Shown piece after piece: positions 1 to 10,369 of a stretch of 11,126 bases of DNA. The notes under the pieces were generated by a model that was not told the DNA's origin, searched no databases, and saw only the letters and a program-made list of their open reading frames with translations. The position numbers were made by a program, and so were the translations under genes. Within the stretch, counting starts at the first letter, position 1. Every line of letters starts with the position of its first letter. The stretch covers positions 13,740,433 through 13,751,558 of the forward strand of contig CM119269.1 of assembly GCA_051294375.1 (NCBI GenBank). The letters are read 5' to 3'. The DNA is from Paraspadella gotoi. Its lineage: Eukaryota > Animalia > Chaetognatha.

Positions 1-683
1 GGGCAATGAAAATGTTAATGACAATGACATTAACGGAGGCAAAGGCGACACCTAGGGGCAATGAAAATGTTAATGAAAATGACATTAACGGAGGTGGAGG
101 CGACCCCGAGGGACGATGAAAATAACAATAAACATTAACAGAGTCGGAGGCGATCCCTAGCGACGATGACTATAATAATGACAATAACATTAACGGAGGT
201 GGAGGCGACTCCTAGGGGCATTGAAAATGATAATGATTATGACATTAATGGAGGTGGAGGCAACCCCTATGGAGGATGAAAATGATAATGCCAATGACAT
301 TAACGGAGGAGGAGGCGACCCCTAGGGACGATGATAATGACAATGACATTAATGGAGTTGGAGGCGACCCCTAGGGACAATGACAATAATAATGACAATG
401 ACATTAACAGAGGCAGAGGCGAGCCCTAGGGGTGATGAAAATGATAATGACAATGACATTAACGGAGGCAAAGGTGACCCCTAAAGACAATGACAATGAT
501 AATGACAACTACATTAACAGAGACGGAGTCGACCCCTAGGGAGGATTACAATGATGATGACAATAACAATAATGCAGGCAGAGGCGACCCCTAGGGGCAA
601 TGACAATGATAATAACAACGATGTTAACGGAGGTGAAGGCGAGCCCTCGGGACGATGAAAATGATAATGACAATGACATTAAC
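1..683. repeat. 55-bp minisatellite, ~12.5 copies, truncated by the window start; consensus ~GACATTAACGGAGGTGGAGGCGACCCCTAGGGACGATGAAAATGATAATGACAAT
   Basis: The GACATTAAC-like anchor recurs at 26, 81, 131, 186, 241, 296, 345, 400, 455, 510, 565, 620 and 675. Spacing is 55 except two shorter units (50, 49). The period is not a multiple of 3 and there are no unique spacers. Confidence 0.95.
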
Positions 684-939
684 TTAGTTGCCGCTTAAGC
701 AAAGAAAAAGAAGGAAAAGCCGAATTCCGATCTGTTTCTTGAGTATCGGAGTGGACCAGGCCCAGCCAACCCCGCTTTCTCTTCCCCACCTTTCAAGTCA
801 TGTTGCCGCTCACGTGTCACCCTCTCACAATCATGGTTGCTTTTGCCGATCTTATCGCCATTTAACGATCACAATCACTGGGACGTATTCCGACGCCGTT
901 ATGACCACAACCTTCTCATTTATTCACCATTTTCTTACC

Positions 940-1040
<101 letters not shown>

Positions 1041-1665
1041 CCCCTACCAATGCTTCCACCCCTCCGCCCAACTCCACCGCTTCTGTTTCATTAATTCCTG
1101 ATTCCGAGCTAAAAGAGAGGACAGAGGATCAAAGAGAAGAGAGAGGAGCTAAACGAGAAAAGATAGATGAGAAAAGAGAGAAGAAAAGAGAGGGAAAAGA
1201 GAGGGAAAAGAAGAGAAAAGAAAGGAAAAAGTGAAGAGTGAATATAGTGAAGCAGGAGAATTGTAGAGGAAGGCTGAACCGAGAAATAGAGAGACAACGC
1301 CTATAAAGAGAAAGGTTAAACGGGAAAAGAGAGAGGCAAGGCTTTATCAGGGAGGAAGGCGAGATTTACAAATATAGAGAAATAAAGCCAGAAAATAAAA
1401 AGAATAGAGAGAGAGACAAGTTCGTGGGTCAGAAAGGCTAAAGAGGGAAACACAGAAGGGAAAGAGGGAAGGTCCTAGAAAATTAAGCGTAGATATGAAA
1501 ATAACAAACCGATCCGCTTTGGGGTCATCTCTTTTCCAAGCGAGACCCTGAGCCGCGCCTTCCAGTGGCTTCGTTCCTTTTCGGCTTCTGTTGCTCTCCA
1601 ATTGATTAGATAACCAAAACAGCGCGATCTCAATTTCGCGATTTACAGCCACGTCTCTCTCTCTC

Positions 1666-1848
1666 NNNNNNNNNNNNNNNNNNNNNNNNNNNNNNNNNNN
1701 NNNNNNNNNNNNNNNNNNNNNNNNNNNNNNNNNNNNNNNNNNNNNNNNNNNNNNNNNNNNNNNNNNNNNNNNNNNNNNNNNNNNNNNNNNNNNNNNNNNN
1801 NNNNNNNNNNNNNNNNNNNNNNNNNNNNNNNNNNNNNNNNNNNNNNNN
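1666..1848. other. Assembly gap (183 N)
   Basis: Run of N. It corresponds to the TC/TCG-rich stretch ~3260-3415 in copy B. Confidence 0.99.
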
Positions 1849-1986
1849 TCTTTCTCTTTCAAATCGAACTTTCCAGGCTGAAAAAGTGAGAACGCGTTTA
1901 ACTCTTCCGTCGCAGGTGCACGTAGCGCTGGCATGATATTCGACGAGCAATAACGAGTTCTATTATGAAGAATCGTCAAGAAGAAT

Positions 1987-2030
1987 GACGACAACGACGA
2001 CAACAACGACGACGACGACAACGACGACAA
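1987..2030. repeat. (GAC/AAC)n trinucleotide repeat
   Basis: GACGACAACGACGACAACAACGACGACGACGACAACGACGACAA. A degraded counterpart lies near 3566-3595. Confidence 0.85.
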
Positions 2031-2124
2031 CCACAATAATTCCGCTGCTTCAATTCGCGATTAGAAGTTTGATCGACTTTTGGTGAAGTTGGTCCGATCG
2101 GAAAATTCGCCTCTTAATTATCTC

Positions 2125-2149
2125 NNNNNNNNNNNNNNNNNNNNNNNNN
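2125..2149. other. Assembly gap of exactly 25 N between the two duplicate copies
   Basis: 25 N counted; copy A ends at the gap edge. Confidence 0.97.
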
Positions 2150-2197
2150 AGAAATGCCTGGCACTCTAATGAGGGAGGACGAGACCGAGTGGGAAAT

Positions 2198-2381
2198 TCA
2201 GCATACGCGCATCTTCCTTCTCCTCTTTAGGGCGAAGATCTCTCTCGGGAGAGAGGAAAGGAAGCCCACATCCGACAGAGGCTGGTACCAAATGCTACCA
2301 CGCCCGTACCAGAGGGGACCCAAAAAGTAAGGAGTTACCTCCACCGGCTTGCTGTTTATTGAAATTACCTGATTCCGGATG
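2198..2381 (-). CDS. Putative terminal exon, frame-corrupted; possible hydrophobic/GPI-type tail; stop position unknown
   Basis: A long polypyrimidine tract ends in ttttag at 2382, and the same acceptor is at 1109 in copy A. Fragments in different frames read PESGNFNKQQAGGGNSLLFGSPLV and GVVAFGTSL. The two copies disagree, so the frame cannot be fixed. Confidence 0.25.
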
Positions 2382-4016
2382 CTAAAAGAGAGAGAGGAGA
2401 GGGAGGAGAGGAGGAGAGGGGAGGACAGGGGAGGAGAAAGAAGGATCAAAGAGAAGAAGATGAAGTAGCTAAAGGACGAGAAAAGTAGATGAGAAAAGAG
2501 AGAAGAAAGAGAAGTTAGGGAGGGAAAGACCCAGGGAGAAAAAGAAGAGAGAGAGAAGAAGTCGGGGGGACAGTGAGTTGAGAGAGAAACGAACACAGAA
2601 GGGTGGAAAGGAAAAAAAGTTGGAAGGAAAAGAAAAGAAGATAGGGAAAATATAAGATGAATAAAGGTGATAGGAAGTTTAGCAAAAGGAGAAGTGGGAG
2701 AGAGAGGAAAATGGGAAGTAGAGTAATGTATACGGATGACAGAAATAGTTATCTTTTTTCATTTCTAGGGAGATTTATTCTAGATTTTTGAACCGGAGGC
2801 AGAGCATGCCAAAAGGCAAAAAGAATTTTATCAGAGATGCATATGCTATAAATGAGGATATTACATATATATGAAAGGGTATAATGGTTAATATAGAGAG
2901 AGCAAGGCTGTTTCAGGGAGGAAGGCGAGATTGTATATACAGATAATAGATGAGAATAAAGCCAGAAAAAAAAGAATAGAGAGGTATGACAAGTCGTATT
3001 GGTAGATCTAAGGCAAATATGGAAACAAGAGAAAGGGAAAGAGGGAAGGTCCTAGAAAATTAAGCTGGTATATATAAAATAATTAGACCTAGCTTTTGGG
3101 TCGATCTGCTTCCAATGCTAGACCCTGAATGCCGCGTCCTTCCGTGTTCTTCGTTCTCTTTTTTCGCTTCTGTTGCTCTGCCAATTGGTATTGTGGAATG
3201 TAACCGAAATACAAGCGCGGGGGTCTCTGTAATTCGCTAGATTCAGCCATCGTCGCCTCGTGCTGTTCTTGTTTGTGCGTCGTCTTCTCTCTGCCGTGCT
3301 CTCTCCTCGTCTCTGCTCTCTCTCTCTTCGTGTCTCTCTCTCGTCTCGGTGCGGTCTCGTAGTCCGCTTCTGTGGCTTCTTTTGGGCTCGGTCCGGGCGT
3401 CGTGTCGTCGGTTTCTTTCTTTTCCAAAATCGAACTTTGTTTGCCGGCTGAAAAGTGAGAACGCGGTTAACTCTTCCGTCGAGGCTTGCATCGTAGCGCT
3501 GGCATATATTCGACGGCAATAACGAGTTCTTTATTGATGAAGATCGTGTCGTAGGAGGTGAAAATACGACAACGACGCAACAAACGGACGGACGAGCGAA
3601 GGGAGAGCGCACAATAATTTCCGCGTGTGGGAGGTGGTGCTGTACAATTCGCGATGTATGAAGTTGTTGTGTCGGACTTTTGGGTGAGATGTTGGGTTGT
3701 GCGTCGATAAATTCGCCTCTGTATTATCTCTCGTCGTGCTGCGTGTCGGTCTCTCGTCTTCTCTCTCTCTCTTCTCGTGTCTCTCTCTCTCTCTCTCTCC
3801 TCTCTCTCTGTCGTGCGTGCTCTTTCTCTCTCTGTCTCGGCGTCTTCTTCGTCGGTGCGTGAGTGCGTCTTCGTTTTGTCTCTTCAGTCACTACCAGGTT
3901 TCTGATTCTTTGTTTTGAGCCAGGTGGGTTGCTAAAAGATCCAAGGAGCGTAGGATTGTGTTTGTCTCGTGCGTGCTGTGTGGTTGTAGTGGGCTGTGGC
4001 GGGGAGGTCGCGCTCT

Positions 4017-4073
<57 letters not shown>

Positions 4074-7000
4074 CGCTAAGGTCGTTGCCTCGCCCATTCT
4101 TCGCCAGATGTGACGGCGTTAACGTCAGGATTGCTTCTCGACTATCCACACCTTTTTGCCCTTCGACACGATAGGGTGTGAGGATCTCTCGAAATGAATT
4201 CGACTAAATGAAAACGAACGAAGTGTTCATCATGTCGTAGTGTTTGTTTTTGATAGTGTTCATATTAAATCGCAAAGCCTTCCTATTCCTTGAGCTCTTT
4301 TTTCTGGGGCTCAGTTTCGATATTCGCTCAAAGTAGTAAAACGATATTTTCTTAATCCTACCGGAAAAAAAAACAAAAAAAAAACTAAATCGATTCACAT
4401 TTATTTAATCTTTAATCGGTTCACATTAATTCTTCTCTTGTGACCCGGTGACTCATTGAGTGACTTATCTTTAACTTTTTCGATCCACCTTACTATGAAA
4501 CTACCCACCCTATCCTCATTCCGCCTCTCCCCAATGGATTCTTCCCGCTCGAGTCCGTCTCCTCCTTTTTAACGATCGACTTTAGAATCGCTTCTTCCGC
4601 TTCTTCCGCTTCTTCCGCTTCTTTCTTTTCTTCCGCTTTTCGATCCTCCTATTTTTAATGGGCTCACGACATTTGCGAAGGGAAGAAACAGGAGGCCATG
4701 ACGTTCAGGATAGTCAGACGGGCTGTGATCGATTGTGCGCCATCCACCATACTGAGCTTCCATAGTGAGTTATGTGTAAAGCATGTCGGGCTACAGTTGC
4801 TTGCCATATAATCAACGGACTAGACCTATCGAAAGACTTGATTGGCCGAGTGACGTGATTGCTCGTCTCCTTCACGAATCATCAGAAATCCGACGTGTCA
4901 CAGACCTGACGTCAACCATAGACCGACCAATGACCGACAGAGGAACCGACGGTCGGGATTGCTAAGAGAACTCATGGCACTCTCTTTAAAATCTAAACTC
5001 AAGAAAAAATTCTTCTTCATTTATTTATAAAATAATTAAATATTTGTCATCACCTTTGTCATTGTCTGTCGTCAATAACGATATCATCCCCTGCAAAAGA
5101 GTGAGTTTTGCATGCCGTTGAAAAGGCCATCTAAGATTTTTTTTTGGCCTGGCAATTTCATCCGGCAATATATACTTATTTTATTGGAATAAGGCTCTGT
5201 CACTTTTGTTTTAGGGTTGGGTGAATGGTGAGAACGCCCGCTAGGCATCCATTCAAAGAAAATTGTCAATTTGAATTGTCTTTACTTTCCATCACGAGGA
5301 AAATCAAAAATATTCAAAATTTCCTCACTTTTCTTATATCGAAAGCAAAGAGCCCCCAAAATTTAAATTGAAACCAGAAATGTTTTCCTGAATGAATTCT
5401 CTAAAAAGGCCAATCATTCATTCTATTATTCTTGTCGAATAAACAAGTCGCCCGACCGTCGACGAACCATGGACCTCGTCGTTCGCTGGCGCCCCTCCCC
5501 TACCACTCACCTATCGAGCGGAGCCTCCGTGCGAACTGCGAAGACGAGATCATACGAAGCGGATTTCGGGCCGAGGGTGGGGCTCACGATGGTAAGGTCG
5601 GTCGGGAGACAGCGGCCGACAGAGAGGAGAGACCTGTTGCTGGGGGGAGAGAAGAGAGAGAGAGAAGAGAGAGAGTGAGAGAGAGAGACAGAGATGAGAA
5701 GAGAGGAAGGAAGAGAGAAAAGAGAGAGAGAGAGAGAGCAGATAGAAGAGAGAGAGAGAGAGTGAAGAGAGAGAGTGGGAGAGAAAGAGAGAGAGAGAGT
5801 CAATTTTCTCTTTCAGGAACAAACATTTACGCGAGGAACGTGACTTTTAAAAATCCCATCCTTAAAAAGAAGCCGACCTCCTTTCACCAAAATCACTTCG
5901 TGAGACACCTCCACACCTCCACCCCTCGCCCATCCCTTTCCACAACCCACTTTCTGCTTGGCCCGTCCGTTGTCCCCGGACTTGGCGATGCACATGTACT
6001 TCCCGGCGTCAGCTTTGGTCACGCTCTCGAAGACCAGCTTGTTGCCTCTGATGACGTTGGTGGGGATCATCCCGTTGATCATCGCCCAGTCCACCTGGAT
6101 TGCGGGGGTCGGTGGTTATTACTAATAGAGCGTTTTCTTAACTTTTCAATAATCAAATCAAATAGTAAAATAAACAAATTTCCTTGTTTGAAACAAACCA
6201 AAAAGTTGGAAGTTACTTTAAGAAAACATTTTTTTTTTTATCATCTTTTCCCAGAATATTGCAAGAATTTTCATTTAAAGGAAGACGTAAGTCGTTATGC
6301 ATAATTTATCATTATAATATATTTTGATAATTTTAAAATTTATAACGTTGTGGCGGTATATTCATATCACTTCACATCCACCGACTTTCAGCTAATCCCA
6401 TTTGCTCAGAGGGGGAACGCGCCATCCCAAGCGTTGCGTTCCATCCACAGTCCAAACGACTTCCCTCTGATTTGGCAAAGCGAGACCCTCCAAGGGTATC
6501 TGTCCTAGTGACAGAAGACGTCACGTCTGAACCCCCCAAAGCAAACAATGAGATGCTCCATCTCAGTTGGCATCACATTCAACCAGGTTATTATTCGACG
6601 TCCGGAGAAATCAGGAATTCCTTCGAAATTAATTCCGTTTTAATTTAAAGTAAATGAACGAGAGTCTTTTGTTTAATTAAGGTTTCCGTCTGCTGCGTTA
6701 AGAAATTTAATGGCGGAAATAAAAACTCCTTTGTTTTTCTATTTTTAGATCCTTTGTTTCGTTTGAATCGACTCGGGTTTTTTTTATCTAAGAGTCTTAT
6801 TTTGAGATAATTTGCTTTTTTTTTTTGTTAAATTTCTTATGTCTTTCTTTCTTTCTTTCTTTATTCTTTCTTTCTTTTTTTCTTCTTTCTTTTTTCTTGC
6901 TTGTCTTTCGTTTCTTTCTTTCTTTTCTTTCTTTCTTTAAACATCCAATTTCAAAAAGCGCCCCTCATTCTCAATAAGTTCCTCCAAAAAAAAAAAGAAT

Positions 7001-9229
7001 ATAAAAAAAGATATCTGGCCCTAAACCTTTCTACCAATCACTAATTCTCATCTTTCTTTCTTCCTCTTTCGTCTTTTCCCTTACCCTACTTCCCCATCTT
7101 CTACCCCCTCACCCTCTTAATACCCTAGGTTGGGGATAGCCTCCAGTGACGCACTCTATTTCCACTTGGCTCCCGATTTTCTTAAACAATTTCGTCTTTG
7201 GTTTGATTTTGATCGTCGGCGTCGACCAGACGGTTAAAGTGTGAACCAACGTGGCGGCGACGTCGTCGTCGTCGTCGTCGTCGGCTTGGTCGTCTTTTTC
7301 GTCATCGTCGTCGTCGTCCGAAGCGTCAACCTAAAATGTGCGAATTTAGAAACCAAAATTATGAAAATAATTTGCATTTCGATTTTCAATAACTCGACAG
7401 CAATGAGCTCAATTCAAAATCGTTACGCATAATTCACATGAGGAGACTTCTCACTGATCCAATACTTACGATGGTTTCACCTTCCTCCCACTCCCTTACC
7501 CTCGCTCAAGTGGCCCCAATTGCCCCATAGTCTCGGTCCTTAACCGTTTCCTAACGCCTGACAATCTCGCCTGATCCCTGCCCGATTCCCTAACGCCTGA
7601 CAAGTCCGCCTGATTCACCACTAATTACTCACCGCCTGACAAGTGTAATTCCCTTCGTCTTCCACTCGCACGTCGTCGATGATGAGGACGATTTTATTCT
7701 CCGATTCTTTGAAACTCCGACGCGACGCCGACGCTGGATGCGACTCTGCCGACGCGGGATCCGACTCTGCCGACGCGGGATCCGACTTTGCCGACGCGGG
7801 ATCCGACTCTGCCGACGTAGAATTCGCATTTTCCGGCGCGGAATCTGATTCCTCCGACTCATCCTGTCCGTTCAGGAACCACTTGAGTTTATGGGAACCG
7901 AGATCTGGAAAGAGGATAATGAATCTATCATATCGTGATAATTAAAATTACATACTTAATTTCTATATACAATACGTAACACATGGGTGCAAATCCGTAA
8001 ACAGCTTCAAACTATCGATCAGTCAAAAATGATTGTAGCTGTAACAGTCCACGTTATAGATAAAATATAAAGCTATTCCAAGCAATCATCGAGATCCTTC
8101 GTTGACCACCTAGATGGCCTATTCATCATTTAGTAATCTCCCACTGATTCCCGACTGATCACCAATTGTTCTCTTTTTGATCACCGAAAAACAAAATCCA
8201 ATCAGGAAATCGAAAAAAACTAATCAAAACAGCCTCCGTCTTTCGCCCGTCCAGACTTTTGGCGAAAGAGCTTCTCAAACCGCAGAGGAAATTACAGGTA
8301 ACGTTCCTGCCACGCCTCCCGTCAAGGAAAACAGGGCGCGTCTCTCTGTCTCTCTCTCTCATCCTTCTCTCTCTCTCCTCTCTCTCTCTCCTTCCTCCTC
8401 TCTCTTCAGCTCTCTCTCTCTCTCTCTCTCTCGTTCTGCTCTCTCTCGTTTCGCGAAAAATGTTCCCGGGGGAAAAAGTTACGACCAAATTCCTCTCATC
8501 ACTTACTCACCCCCTCTTTCTCCTTTCCCCTCTCTCCTCCTCCTCTTCCCCGCCCCATCCTGCCCACAGTCCATCCCGACCTTCTACCACATGCGATCTA
8601 CCACAAAACTCGTAATAACCTCACCCCGTGCTCCCTCCACCCCATCTTACCCCTTGCCCTCGCAAATCCTTTGGCCCAACTATAAACGGGGGTCGGCCCA
8701 ACCTTTTTTTTCTCTTTTTCTTTTAACGATGTAAAAGATCCGTTTCATCTCCGCCCCCCCCCTTTTCATCTGCCGCCCCTTTTTCAATAGTTGTTTTTCC
8801 GAATCTGTCCGACCGACCGACCAAAGTATCTGACACACCTGACCACGGTGACCTGGCCCGTCTCGGGCCACCCCTTACCCTCAGACGCTCTCAACCTGAA
8901 TCGGCGCTAAAAAGGCGTCGAGTCGAAAGCGGCGCTGAACGAGCTTCGGCTGATAATTTTTCCTCGATGTTTTCAAGTCTCAAAGATAAATTTTAAGATG
9001 GGTACATCCAGCTTGGTTTCCCTGTTGTTTTATTTTTGATGATTTTTCTTCCTTTTTCTTCTCTTTCTTTTTCTATTCTTTTGTTATTTTTTTATAATCT
9101 TTTTCGTTATTTTTTATCTTTATCTTTCTTTCTTCCTTTCATTCTTTCTTTATATCTTTTTTATTTCTTTCTTTTTTTCTCTTTTTTTCTTTTTTCTTTC
9201 ATCGTATCTTTCTTTATTTCTCTTTTATT

Positions 9230-9305
<76 letters not shown>

Positions 9306-10336
9306 TTTTTCTTTCTTTCTTACTTTCCGCCTCGCATTCTAGACGTGCGGTGGAACCAATCTTCAGACGATGGAAACTCCGTTTTGTGGTAAAACGTATT
9401 GCAGGTGGTGGAGGATCTGCATTCAAAGAAATTGGAGAAAGTAAACAAATTAAAGAGTCGCTTGTTGTTCTTTCATTTACGAGGTAAAAGCTTTTNNNNN
9501 NNNNNNNNNNNNNNNNNNNNNNNNNNNNNNNNNNNNNNNNNNNNNNNNNNNNNNNNNNNNNNNNNNNNNNNNNNNNNNNNNNNNNNNNNNNNNNNNNNNN
9601 NNNNNNNNNNNNNNNNNNNNNNNNNNNNNNNNNNNNNNNNNNNNNNNNNNNNNNNNNNNNNNNNNNNNNNNNNNNNNNNNNNNNNNNNNNGGTCGGAAAA
9701 TAATTACCGTTGAATCTTTTATCGCACCGATAAATTCCTTTTTTTTAAAAGTAAAATGCAAAAGACGGAGGGGGTCACTCAGATTCTGATGGGGTCACTG
9801 CCCGTAAACACAATGGATAAAATTATTGATGGTTGGAAGTTGACACAATTTATTAAAAAGGAAAAAAACCGAAGGCTGAAAACGACATCCCTGAAAACTA
9901 TCAGTGAAAAAAAGAGGAAAAACAATTTTTTTGAACGAAAATTATGGAAAAAAAAAAACACAGTATTTGTTTTTCCCCGTCGCCCGGATATTAAACTTTT
10001 TTTCGAGCAGGTTTCCATTTTCTTGAAGGAAAAATATTTTATTTACAAGTTTTAAGTTTTGTTTACAAACTTTATTTACGAAAGAAAAAAAAAAGGAAGA
10101 ATTATGGCGTCCTCCATAGAACTCTCTATCTGTCGCGTGACCAGAGTCATTCTTTTTCTTTTTCTAGATAGATAGATAGACAGACCGATAGATAGATAGA
10201 TAGATAGACAGACAGATAAACAGCGAGACAGACAGACAGACGCCTTATAGAGTCGCGTTTCCAGACAAAGCAAATCCTCAAAAATTTCCCACCTTTGTCG
10301 TCGTCGTCCTCGACCTTCGAGCCATTTTTGACGTCA

Positions 10337-10369
<33 letters not shown>

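Larger units (their letters stand above)
1045..2124. repeat. Copy A of a direct duplication (~1.1-1.4 kb) covering the 3' part of the Ig gene; probable assembly artefact
   Basis: Collinear with 2286-3730. AGGGAAAGAGGGAAGGTCCTAGAAAATTAAGC is at 1457-1488 and 3034-3065. GCTGAAAA(A)GTGAGAACGCG, TAACTCTTCCGTCG, CGTAGCGCTGGCAT and AAATTCGCCTCT are shared in the same order. Differences are mostly small indels. Confidence 0.85.

Noticed and set aside
1-683. CRISPR-like array or coding repeat
   Set aside because: Whole units repeat with no unique spacers, there are no cas genes, and the context is eukaryotic. The 55-bp period shifts frame and stops are frequent.
5432-6304. 290-aa plus-strand ORF, the longest in the track
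   Set aside because: A patchwork of the antisense of exons 5 and 6 with a GA repeat (RERE) and AT-rich intron; non-ATG start.
7629-7945. Protamine-like Arg-rich ORF (7629-7862, minus) and DSADAG ORF (7679-7945, plus)
   Set aside because: Alternative-frame and antisense shadows of exon 3 and its 21-bp repeat. The Ig frame is the one with splice sites and conserved motifs.
8839-8895. Possible cassette exon in intron 2 (ttcag acceptor, gtaagg or gtgtgt donors) with a small GC hairpin at 8854-8870
   Set aside because: In the required phase 1 it hits TGA immediately, the polypyrimidine tract is weak, and exons 2 and 3 already join cleanly.
9036-9392. Phe/Leu-rich membrane-like ORF
   Set aside because: Translation of T-rich and (TTTC)n sequence.
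5951-9416. Assignment to perlecan, FGFR or Dscam
   Set aside because: No LDLa, laminin or kinase exons and no arrays of alternative Ig exons. The ENLG motif and FN3 start fit Klingon/Wrapper-type proteins better.
10293-10315. DDDDK enteropeptidase-type site at the acidic domain/Ig1 boundary
   Set aside because: Expected by chance in a ~40% Asp sequence and followed by DPPPP; no evidence for a cognate protease.
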